A stretch of 64,000 nucleotides of DNA from Octopus sinensis (GCF_006345805.1 NC_043005.1:76632001-76696000), one strand, 5' to 3'. Shown: positions 12,782 to 24,915, counted from the first letter of the stretch. The notes: a model not told the origin generated them from the sequence alone. Numbers and translations are program-made.

Positions 12782-13153
12782 GTAGCAGACACCGGTCGGC
12801 TGGTGATATTTGCCTCGACTTCATAATTGTATATATGTATACTCAGTGAAGTTTATTCACTGATTATCAAAATAAGAAATATTGAATTTCTAAATAATGC
12901 TATTTCAGACATAGAAATACTGACATTTAAACTTTGAATATTTAACTTCATATCCTTCTAAGTTTAATGCTTTAAAGTTTAAACCAAAGTAAAGTTGAAT
13001 AAAATTAAATTCAGTTACTAAATTCAATGGTATGTAGTATCGAGTTCCGTATGGAATATCTTTTATTCGCGGTTCCTTTTCTTTTTGCGATAGCCGGAGT
13101 GATTTCGCGCACTCACGACTTTACTTGAATTATGAAGATACGTACACACGCGC

Positions 13154-13184
<31 letters not shown>

Positions 13185-13314
13185 TGTGAGTGTGTGTGTG
13201 ATTGTGCATGCTCGCATTTATTAATGGAAAGTTAAAGTAAATACGATAGAGAATTTGCTGTTTATGTTATTATAAATCAGTGTCGTTTACCTTGTGCAGT
13301 TCATGATTAACACA

Positions 13315-13748
13315 GGCATAGGAGTGGCTGTGTGGTAAGTAGCTTGGTTAGCAACCACATGGTACTGGGTTCAGTCTCACTGCGTGTCACATTGGACAAG
13401 TCTCTTCTACTATAGACTCGGGCCGACCAAAGCCTTGTGAGTGGATTTGGTAGACGGAAACTGAAAGAAGCCCGTCGTATATATGTATATATGTATATAT
13501 ATATATATACCTCTGTGTGTGTGTGTGTGTGTGTGTGTGCATGTGTGTATGCCTATGTTTGTCGCCCCAACATCGTTTGACAACCGATGCTGGTGTATTT
13601 ACGTCCCCGTAACTTAGCGGTTCAGCAAAACAGACCGATTGAATAAATACTAGGCTTACAAAGGATAAGTCCTGTGTCGATTTGCTCGACTAATGGCGGT
13701 GCTCCAACATGGCCGCAGTCAGATGACTGAAACAAGTAAAGGAGTGAA
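13315..13748 (+). mobile_element. SINE family A
   Basis: Full-length match to 41584-42006. Confidence 0.85.
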
Positions 13749-13939
13749 AGACACTCAGCTGGAAAGATGGTACGTAAACGTATTTATCCTCTACTTGAAT
13801 TGAATGTCTCTTGTTTCAAAAATTTGCTAGCTCTGGCTTAAGTTTCAAGAATTGATCTTGCTTTCTACGTACGTATATGGATCCTGTACGTATATCTGCA
13901 TCTCTGTCTGCAAATACGGTCCTACGTACATACTCACGC

Positions 13940-14002
<63 letters not shown>

Positions 14003-14105
14003 TATAATATATATATATATATGTATGTATGTATGTATATATATATGTATATATATATATGTATGTATGTATGTATATATATATGTATATATATATATAT
14101 GTATG

Positions 14106-14155
<50 letters not shown>

Positions 14156-14367
14156 TATATATATATATACAAATGTATGCTTGTATGTGTTTTTGAGTTT
14201 TCGAGTCACTCAAGAGTACTACTTGTAACTTGTGACCCACGTCTTGTTGCATAGACGGCTGAACTGGACCCCCGCCTCCGCCCCAAGTCAGCTTGATGAA
14301 AAAAAGAATCCTCTCAAAAGTCATATGAATTCAGGATAGTGTGCTGATGGCTATCCGCTTATATATA

Positions 14368-14460
<93 letters not shown>

Positions 14461-14466
14461 TATATC

Positions 14467-16023
14467 TATAAGAAAAAAGGTTTGAAAATGCAATTTAAAC
14501 GATGTTTATTTACTTAACCGGTTTCACTCTTTGGTAAAAGATTGTCAAAAGTTACATTTAAGGAAACATTGAATAATATGGGTTCAAAATAAGTTTTTTA
14601 CATAATTGTCACATTGAATATTATGCATTCAAAAAAGTTTTTACATAATTGTCACATTGGATATTATGAATTCAAAAATGTTTTTTTATACATAATTGTC
14701 ACATTACATGTATAAATATAGTGTTTGGTAACAGAGAAGTTCAATAGTGTGATGAGAAAATTTGGGAAAATTTGGCAGAAAAGGATAAAACAAAAATATT
14801 ATTGGGAATTGGTTGCGTTAATTATTGGTTGTCGCAAATTGTCACATTACATGTATATATATACAATCTTTGGTATATATATACAGCCTTTTGACAGCAA
14901 AAATTAAAATGGATTTTTTATACATCTCAGAATATTTTAAGTACAAGGCGAGAATATGTTTTTACTGACCTGTCGGTATTAGCAGAAAGGCTGAACTGAG
15001 AGAACAGAAGAAGTAGCCAATGTGGTGTATATTTCCCCTTTATGCATGAATGATTTTGGGGTTATCAGGAGGTTAGTATGCGGGTGTGAATAGATGTGTC
15101 CGTGCCTGCTGGTCAGATAGCGTCTGTTTGTCACACACATATATATACACACACACACACACACAACAACACACACACACACACACACATAGTAAACAAA
15201 CACACACCACATACAAACAACACACACACAGAACACACACACCCACATATATCACATATACACACAGCACACAAATATAACATGTATTTATATATAACAT
15301 ACACAGATATATAACACACATACACACACAACACACACACACACACACACACACACAACACACGCACACATACATACATAATATAAATATCACACAAATA
15401 CACCTAGCATATATATACACACATACAATACACACATACAGCATGTAAGTAATATACATACACAATATATGCATGCAATATACATACGCAGTACATACAT
15501 ATAATATATATATATATAGACAATGCATATACATATATACACATATACATATAAATAGTGTCTACATACACATACATAGATGTACCACATATACACACAA
15601 TACACATACATACAATGCATACACATACACGTACGCATACATATAATATATATATACACACACACACACATAACATACATACACAATGCATACATATATA
15701 TACACGCAATGCACATACATGTATTCATGCATATATAGCACACCTACAATATACATATATACAATGCACACATACACACACACACATATATATACACATA
15801 TATATATATATATACACACACATACATACATACATACATGCACATACATATATTTTTTCACACACATACACACACATATATATATATATAAAATTCACCC
15901 CCCACACACACACACAAATTACAAACCTATAGCGTACACACTCAAATATATCTCTACATGCCGCACACACACACACAAACAAAGTACTAACATATACACA
16001 CATACCATGCATATACACACACA

Positions 16024-16066
<43 letters not shown>

Positions 16067-16210
16067 AAAACAAATACACATGTAAATACAAACACACGTA
16101 CACAATGCTCACACACACACACACACACACATACACACACACCCGCACACAGTGCACACACACACACAACGTGCGCGCACACACACATATACACACACAC
16201 GCACACCGTG

Positions 16211-16241
<31 letters not shown>

Positions 16242-17058
16242 ACACAACACTCACACACATACATCACCTACATATATATAATGCATGCGTGTGCATGCCA
16301 CGTATGTGTTTCCGTGAATGCCCGCTAGTGTGTCCTATGCGGGCCGATGCGCGCATGTGCCCGCCCACACGATATGCTGTGAGCGTGCGCGCGTCCCTGT
16401 GTGCTTGCTCTGGATGTGTTTCCAGGGGGTATGTTAGAGTATGTTTAGTTGTGGTCTGTATTTTTGAATAAGATTACTTTCCTTATTTATTCGTGTTTGG
16501 TCTGTGGTGTTGTCCGAGCATTGGTATAGTGGGAAGATTAAGAATTTGGGGGACTTATTGTGTGCACAAAGGTCTAAGTGTCCACTTAGTGGTATCTGTC
16601 TTGTGGAGGGGTCCCTCAGTTGTTGTCGGTGAACTGTCATTCTGTCTCTGAGGGTAAGGCTCGTTTGCCCTATGTAGTCTTCGTGGCATCCTTCACACCT
16701 TATGACGTAGAGTAAATTTTTTGATGCGCACGTGAAATTATTTTTTATGATGAATGTGTGTCCCGAGTGGAACTTGTACGACGATCCCTCAATGAGGTGG
16801 ATGCAGGTCTTGCAGTTGGGGCGACCACATTTTTTGATGGTGGGCGGTGGGTTTGTGTTGTGTAATTTTGCGTTGGTGAGGAGGTTTTTTAGGGATTTAG
16901 GTTGTCTCTTACTTTTTATTATTTTATGAGCTGCCAGTATTTTTTTCAGGCGTGGGTCTTGATTTAGTTGTGGAATGTTGTTGTATATAATAGTGTAAGC
17001 TTCTGCATTCCTTGGGTTGTGTGTTGAGAGATAAGGGAGGCTATTGACTGTACTGTGG
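14467..17058. repeat. Left arm of long inverted repeat (partner 18905-21750; spacer 1846 bp)
   Basis: Matches traced at both ends (TATAAGAAAAAAGG / CCTTTTTTCTTATA; CTATTGACTGTACTGTGG / CCACAGTACAGTCAATAG) and internally. Confidence 0.92.
14512..14552 (-). ncRNA. Hammerhead-like motif, U3-A8 variant, at PLE 3' terminus (left arm)
   Basis: ACUU-UUGACAA-UCUUU-UACC-AAAGA-GU-GAA-ACCGGU-U-AAGU. Has a 2-nt GU insertion before GAAA. Confidence 0.55.
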
Positions 17059-18904
17059 ATGTGTTTTGGGTTTTCGAAGGTCTTGAATGTTGATTGATTT
17101 GGCCCGTTCTATTCCGTTGTCTACTAGTGATGCCGGGTAATGTCTTTCGAGAAGAATTGCCCTTAGTTCCCGGAGTCTTCTATTTCGTGTTGTGTCATTT
17201 GAGACAATAGTGCAGATTCTTCTCGCTAGGTTGAAGGGATATTTGTCTTTGTGTGTTTTGGGTGATTGGAGGTGAATAGAAGGTATTGTTTAGAGTCATT
17301 GGGTTTGTAATGGATGTCAGTTTCAATGTTGACGCCTTTTTTAATGATTAGGATGTCAAGAAAAGGGAGTTGGTCCTGACTATATTCCATTGTGAATTGA
17401 ATGTTGTTATTTACACTGTTGATAAGGTTTTTGAAGTCTATAAGTTGGTCGAGTGTGTGGGACCATAGATGAGGCAATCATCTAAGTAGCGTTTCCAGTT
17501 CTCCAACAGGTATTGTGGAAAGACTGGCCGTACTTATATTTGGATTTTTCATAGATATGTGATTCCAGGTAGGCCATCACCAGGTTTGCATAAGTAGGTG
17601 CAACTTTCGTACCCATTGCAGTTCCTGAGACCTGTCTGTAAGTGTTGTTGTGGAAATACATGAAGTTGTTTTGCAGAATAAATTTGAGGCCCTCAATTAT
17701 GAATTCTTTTTTAATTCTTTCCGGGATCTCATTGGGATATTTATCCAGCCAGAATTTAATGGCTTCCAGTCCAAATTCATGTGGGATTGTGGTGTAAAGA
17801 TTAATAACATCAAAAAAACGATTAAGGTGTCTTTATCGGCATGTTTGGGAAGATGGTTTAATAGGTCCAGGTCATCTCTTACAATACTTGGAATGTGTTT
17901 CAGTATTGGCTTTAAGATGATATCTATAAAGTTGCTAAGTCTGTGTGTTTCACAACTTGGGCCTGCCACTATTGGTCTCAGTTTGATATCAGTGGGATGT
18001 GGTATAGTGATGCAGGTTGAAGTGGACTTTTTGCAAGCTTCTGTGATAATTTGACTCTTGTGTATTTTTGGAAGCCCATAGAGTGTGCTGGTTTTGCAAT
18101 TAAATTTAGTAATGTAGTCGCATTCCTTTGCTGTCAAGTCATTCCGTGTTGGTAAATGAGTGCCTTCAGATTGGTCATTGTTTTGGATTGCTGGTAGTCG
18201 ACTACTCTTTCGTAGTATGTGGTATCCTCTAAAAGGAGAGATACAGAGTTTTTATATTGCTCAGTATTCATAACAACGACCGTACTACCCTTATCAGCTT
18301 CCTTTATTGTGACGTCATGATTGTCTCGTAGCGTATGGATGATTTCCCATTCTCTTTTACTGGTGTTGGGTTTGAGTTTAGGTTGTGGAGTTCACCATAA
18401 GGGAAGTTGGAGATGTAATCGCAAAATTTGTCTAAGGTTTTGTTTTTGCCTTTTATGGGATTATAGTTGCTTTTGTTACAGACCATTGATTCGTCGTTAT
18501 TATTAGTTTTCCTGTCAAAAAATTCCTCTGTGAGGCGTAATTTTCTGCAAAAGTGCGAGATGTCATCCTGTATTTCCCTCAGGTTAGGGTATTGCGGAGT
18601 TGGGGTGAATTTTAGTCCTCTTGAAAGGATTTTTATTTGTGGTGTCGACAGGTTTAGGTTAGAAAGATTCACTATTTTTGGTTTTCGGGGTTGGTATCTA
18701 CCATCTGGTGTCGTGGAAACTGATGCCCTTGCCTAAAAAAGGAATCCTGGGGGTTCTTCTATTTGCGGTATTTTGCTGTATGTGATTCTGTCCCCCGTTG
18801 ACATGGCTGTTGAAGAGGTTTTGGTTGTTGTGATTCTGTCCCCCGTTGCTATGTTGTCTGTTGAGGAGGTTTTGGTTGTTCCAGGGTCTGGGTTGTTGGT
18901 GTGG
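16434..18904 (-). pseudogene. PLE polyprotein (RT + GIY-YIG endonuclease), 5'-truncated, with several frameshifts
   Basis: Motifs in order: NLS..LSRGLKFTPTP, IKEADKG, YGLPKIHK, LRPIV, FDVINLYT, GTAMGTKVAPTYANLVM, RYLDD, LPFLDI, KCGRPNCKTC, LYVIRCEGCHEDYIGQT..H..H (CCHH). The Cys-rich linker suggests the Neptune clade. Confidence 0.92.
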
Positions 18905-19527
18905 CCACAGTACAGTCAATAGCCTCCCTTATCTCTCAACACACAACCCAAGGAATGCAGAAGCTTACACTATTATATACAACACATTCCACAACTAAAT
19001 CAAGACCCACGCCTGAAAAAAATACTGGCAGCTCATAAAATAATAAAAAGTAAGAGACAACCAAAATCCCTAAAAAAACCTCCTCACCAACGCAAATTAC
19101 ACAACACAAACCCACCGCCCACCATCAAAAAATGTGGTCGCCCCAACTGCAAGACCTGCATCCCCTCATTGAGGGATCGTCGTACAAGTTCCACTCGGGA
19201 CACACATTCATCATAAAAAATAATTTCACGTGCGCATCAAAAAATTTACTCTACGTCATAAGGTGTGAAGGATGCCACGAAGACTACATAGGGCAAACGA
19301 GCCTTACCCTCAGAGACAGAATGACAGTTCACCGACAACAACTGAGGGACCCCTCCACAAGACAGATACCACTAAGTGGACACTTAGACCTTTGTGCACA
19401 CAATAAGTCCCCCAAATTCTTAATCTTCCCACTATACCAATGCTCGGACAACACCACAGACCAAACACGAATAAATAAGGAAAGTAATCTTATTCAAAAA
19501 TACAGACCACAACTAAACATACTCTAA
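18905..19527 (+). pseudogene. Second (inverted) copy of the PLE linker and GIY-YIG domain
   Basis: ORF 19132-19527 contains LYVIRCEGCHEDYIGQT; it differs from the left copy mainly by 1-nt indels. Confidence 0.9.
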
Positions 19528-19990
19528 CATACCCCCTGGAAACACATCCAGAGCAAGCACACAGGGACGCGCGCACGCTCACAGCATATCGTGTGGGCGG
19601 GCACATGCGCGCATCGGCCCGCATAGGACACACTAGCGGGCATTGACCGCACACATACGTGACATGCACACGCATGCATTATATATATGTAGGTGATGTA
19701 TGTGTGTGAGTGTTGTGTGTGTGTGTGTGTGTGTGTGCACGTTATGTGTGTGTGTGTGCGGGTGTATATATATATGTGTGTGTGTGTGTGTGCACGGTGT
19801 GCGTGTGTCTGTATATGTGTGTGTGCGCGCACGTTGTGTGTGTGTGTGCACGTGTGTATATATGTGTGTGTGTGTGTGCACGTGTGTATATATGTGTGTG
19901 TGTGTGTGCACTGTGTGCGGGTGTGTGTATGTGTGTGTGTGTGTGTGAGCATTGTGTACGTGTGTATGTATTTACATGTGTATTTGTTTT

Positions 19991-20033
<43 letters not shown>

Positions 20034-20229
20034 TGTGTGTGTATATGCATGGTATGTGTGTATATGTTAGTACTTTGTTTGTGTGTGTGCGGCATGTAGA
20101 GATATATTTGAGTGTGTACGCTATAGGTTTGTAATTTGTGTGTGTGTGTGTGGGGGGTGAATTTTTTATATATATATATGTGTGTGTATGTGTGTGAAAA
20201 AATATATGTATGTGCATGTATGTATGTAT

Positions 20230-20263
<34 letters not shown>

Positions 20264-21046
20264 GATATATATATGTGTGTGTGTATGTGTGTGTGTGTAT
20301 ATTATTTGCTTGTTATGTGTGTATAAACATGTACATTATTTGCATGCGCATTGTGTATATGTATATTGTATGTATGTGTATTGTATATGTATGTGTACAA
20401 TTAAGTGTATATATGTGTGTGTATGTGTGCATTGTATATATGTATATTGTAGGTGTGCTATATATGCATGAATACATGTATGTGCATTGCGTGTATATAT
20501 ATGTATGCATTGTGTATGTATGTTATGTGTGTGTGTGTGTGTATATATATATTATATGTATGCGTACGTGTATGTGTATGCATTGTATGTATGTGTTTGT
20601 GTGTATATGTGGTACATCTATGTATGTTATGTAGACACTATTTATATGTATATGTGTATATATGTATATGCATTGTCTATATATATATATATTATATGTA
20701 TGTACTGCGTATGTATATTGCATGCATATATTGGTATGTATATTACTTACATGCTGTATGTGTGTATTGTATGTGTGTATATATATGCTAGGTGTATTTG
20801 TGTGATATTTATATTATGTATGTATGTGTGCGTGTGTTGTGTGTGTGTGTGTGTGTGTGTGTGTTGTGTGTGTATGTGTGTTATATATCTGTGTATGTTA
20901 TATATAGATACATGTTATATTTGTGTGCTGTGTGTATATGTGATATATGTGGGTGCGTTGTGTGTGGGTGTGTGTGTTCTCTGTGTGTGTTGTTTGTATG
21001 TCGTGTGTGTTTGTTTACTATGTGTGTGTGTGTGTATGTGTGTTGT

Positions 21047-21083
<37 letters not shown>

Positions 21084-21665
21084 GTGTGACAAACAGACGC
21101 TATCTAACCAGCAGGCACGGACACATCTATTCACACCCGCATACTAACCTCCTGATAACCCCAAAATCATTCATGCATAAAGGGGAAATATACACCTCAT
21201 TGGCTACTTCTTCTGTTCTCTCAGTTCAGCCTTCCTGCTAATACCGACAGGTCAGTAAAAACATATTCTCGCCTTGTACTTAAAATATTCTGAGATGTAT
21301 AAAAAATCCATTTTAATTTTTGCTGTCAAAAGGCTGTATATATATACCAAAGATTGTATATATATACATGTAATGTGACAATTTGCGACAACCAATAATT
21401 AACGCAACCAATTCCCAATAATATATTTGTTTTATCCTTTCTGCCAAATTTTCCCAAATTTTCTCATCACACTATTGAACTTCTCTGTTACCAAACACTA
21501 TATTTATACATGTAATGTGACAATTATGTATAAAAAAACATTTTTGAATTCATAATATCCAATGTGACAATTATGTAAAACTTTTTTGAATGCATAATAT
21601 TCAATGTGACAATTATGTAAAAAACTTTTTTTGAACCCATATTATTCAATGTTTCCTTAAACGTA

Positions 21666-21706
21666 ACTTTTGACAATCTTTTACCAAAGAGTGAAACCGG
21701 TTAAGT
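21666..21706 (+). ncRNA. Hammerhead-like motif, U3-A8 variant, at PLE 3' terminus (right arm)
   Basis: Same motif as 14512-14552; the predicted cut after 21702 lies 48 nt from the element end. Confidence 0.55.
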
Positions 21707-21792
21707 AATAAACATCGTTTAAATTGCATTTTCAAACCTTTTTTCTTATATAATCCCACTCGTGCGATACCCACAACTCAACTTTTATATAT

Positions 21793-21840
<48 letters not shown>

Positions 21841-22767
21841 CTTAAAATGTCTGGTAAGAGTGTCGTTTTAGCGGATCGCCCAGTCAAGCACATCCATTAA
21901 TGGGATAAATATCACCCGACGGTAAGGCGATATCTAACAATATCGATGTGGTGTGCGCACAGAGTAAGATGAAACACACAGATCACACTAGTCATTTCGT
22001 AACATTCCTGATATATTTCAAAGTCTCTTGGCCGCCTCGAGGACGTGTTGCCGCTCATCCGCCGCAGTACTCCCTCACTATGAACCTAGTTAAGTGCAAG
22101 TCTATATTACAAAATGACGGCATACGTTCGTTGCGGAAGTTGCGGTAACACATACGCTACTGCGACAACGAAATGCCGCCACTTCCGTAGTTTTAACTCA
22201 TGCGAGATACTATAGGTGAGAAAAGTTATCATGTATTGGTTTATGTCATTACTGTGTTGAATAGGAAATAGAGATTTGGTTCCCACTGGAAAGGACAGGC
22301 AATAGAAACAATAGCATGCACACACGAACACACCGGTACAACGTACATACACACACAGATACACACATACACACACAGAGAAACACACAGGTACCGCACA
22401 GACATACATACACAAACACACAGTAACAACACACAGAGACACACACAGGCACAACACACAGACATACACACGCACAAACACACAGGTACAACACACAGAT
22501 ATACACATACACAGGTAAACACACAGACAGACACACACAGGTACAACACAGACATACACGCGCACACAGGCGTTTGGATATTTGAACATTAGAGTAAATT
22601 TAGTTGACAAAAGTTGTATCATAGCCCATCGTATCCATCCATCCATCCATCCATCCATCAATCCAGCCAGCCAGTCAGCCAGCCAGCCAGCCAGCCATAC
22701 ATACCTAAATACATACATACATACATACATACATACATACATACATACATACATACATACATACATA

Positions 22768-23150
22768 AAAAGGCATACTGGTGGAATGTACCAGTGAAGA
22801 GCTCAATAAAATGTAAGCACAACAGGCCTAATATAATAATTTGGGATAGAGAATAGAAACTGTGTACAGTTGTGGAAATTAGCTGCCCATAAACCTGAAG
22901 ACCAGTGAAAAAGAGAACACCTATGCTTAACTATTAAAAAATCTGCTGTTAATCTATCCAGATTACAAGTTCAGGTTTATACCTATAATTATTGGGGCCC
23001 TGGGATATGTAACACACTGCCTAAACACCAATTTTAAGAAATGAGGCTTCTCAAAACAAGAAAGGAGAAAGCTAATTCGAAGACTACAGATCCAATCCAT
23101 CAATGGAACTGTAAACATGTGTAAAACTTTCCAAAAGTTTATCATTTAAA
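22768..23150 (+). mobile_element. 3' fragment of an R4/Dong-like RLE non-LTR retrotransposon
   Basis: YWWNVPVKSSIKCKHNRPNIIIWD..VVEISCP..LYPDYKFRFIPIIIGALGYV..LQIQSINGTV, matching the RPD..D/E-x-CP endonuclease motif and the PIxxGALG motif. Confidence 0.8.
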
Positions 23151-23175
23151 TATATATGAGCATGTCTTGATGTGC

Positions 23176-23215
<40 letters not shown>

Positions 23216-24689
23216 ATACATACATAAAACATACAAATCTATACATACATACATACATACAAAAATACACTGTTGTTGATGTTGACATTCCTGTGAAGGA
23301 ATTTTGGATCTAGGTTAGAAATCGGTTCCTTCTCTATTGGCAAGAAATCTTGAAATAAACTGAATAATGACATACATACATACTTGCATACATACATATG
23401 TACACAACCACAAACTTATAGATCACATACACACACTCATATATATATTTGTGTGTATGTGTGTATTCAATAGTTATTGCTCCCTCATCAAGACGACATC
23501 CAAGCCATTAACTATCCACGAATACGTTGCTTAAATCGCGACTAAAGTCTAGCGGAGTAACACTGTTGGATAAACCAATTTCCAGATTGAATACATTCCA
23601 GGTAAGTGGTAGGTTTATATTGAATGCTGGTAGAGACACAGTATTTACTTATAAACCTTTAATATACCTGATAATGTATTATGGTTCTAAAACTACATAT
23701 CATATCCCCTCCAGTTATTAATTACTTCAATATGTATTGCAACATAGAAATATATAACATGAAGTAACGCAAGCATATTACAATGATCTTTAATTCAAAA
23801 TTCCACATTACATGTCATGAAATACGATTACTAAGTATAGGTTCAACGAATCCATATAGATGTATGTATTAACGTCTTGTGGTGCATATACGTATGAATA
23901 TATTTCCATCTGTTTCTCGCGTACGTAACCAATATTTTGGCTGTCTTTCAATCTGTATGTAGGAACGAATGATTATCGTTATATATTTTATGTGTGAGCG
24001 TAATGACGATGCATTTATGTTTAAATCTGTTCTCCGTTTATGTCTGTATAGTCAAGAAAATAGTTGTAGACGCATGTAATTAGTTGTGGCTTCTTCAAAT
24101 CAGTCTGTGCTACTGTGTCTCTTAGTCTGGTTATTTAGGAGTATGTATGTATGTATGTAAGTATGCACGTACTGTGTCTTTTAATCTGGTTATTTAGGAG
24201 TGTGTATGTATGTCTGTATGTACGCATGCATATATGTATGTAAATGCAAGTATGTATGTATGAATGTATGTACGTGTGTATGTATGTGTGTATATATTTA
24301 TATGTATATATGATTGTATATATGTACGTATGTGTATGCATGTATATCTGTATGTATTTATGCGAGTGTGCATGCATGCATATATCTATCTATGTTTTTA
24401 TGTATGCATGTATGCATATACGTATGTATGCATGTATATACGTATGTATGTACGTATCTATATATGTATCTATGTATGCATGTATGTATGCATGTATTTA
24501 TGTATGCATGCATATATGTATGTATATGCATGCATGTATTTATGCATGTATGTGTGTTTATATGTATGTGTATGTATATATATATATATATATATATAGT
24601 GTAATAAATAAAATATATGCATACATACATACATATATGTACGTACCTACATCTACATGTATATATACATGCATATATAAATATATATA

Positions 24690-24915
24690 CGTGAGCACAG
24701 GACACCACAAATAGACGTAGAACTCAACGAGAAATGAAAACGTAAAAAACAAACGTGGAAACGGACCTAAACGAAAAAAACAGAGTACAAGACAAACTAC
24801 ACAAGGAAAAATCCCCTTCATCAGCTGTCCCTAGTTCAACACCAGCGTGTTTCGAAGGTTGGACAGAACACGACTCGTGGAACTAGTCCCTCTTGCGAAG
24901 GAATTAAATAAAATT
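24690..24915 (-). mobile_element. Short non-coding PLE/retrozyme-like element carrying a rearranged hammerhead
   Basis: Lies between TA-rich tracts; contains the HHR motif followed by a U-rich tail. Confidence 0.6.
24813..24872 (-). ncRNA. Non-circularly permuted hammerhead ribozyme candidate
   Basis: CGUGU-U-CUGUCC-aa-CCUUC-GAA-ACACG-15 nt-GGACAG-CUGAUGA-AGGGG. Stem III is 5 bp, stem I is 6 bp, and the core is perfect. Confidence 0.72.

Larger units (their letters stand above)
14467..21750 (-). mobile_element. Penelope-like retroelement with inverted duplicated 3' end (inverted pLTR)
   Basis: RT plus GIY-YIG ORF on the minus strand. 14467-17058 and 18905-21750 are reverse complements ending at the same terminal sequence, each with an HHR-like motif about 50 nt from the end. 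Confidence 0.92.

Noticed and set aside
13816-13930. Minus-strand peptide ending [17 protein letters not shown], like a GIY-YIG C-terminus upstream of the 12736 HHR
   Set aside because: Too short and no catalytic motifs visible.
13816-16471. Long ORFs rich in YI, CV, HT or MY dipeptides (also 19.5-21.2 kb, 24.2 kb, 39.5 kb, 58.1 kb)
   Set aside because: They are translations of (TA)n, (TG)n and (CA)n microsatellites, not genes.
14467-21750. Idea that the inverted repeat is a missed-adapter read artefact
   Set aside because: The arms are separated by 1.85 kb of unique coding sequence and differ in microsatellite lengths; long-read confirmation is still advisable.
23285-23335. GAAGGA/TCCTTC stem enclosing GAAATCGGT
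   Set aside because: The core strand cannot be placed; not a supportable HHR.
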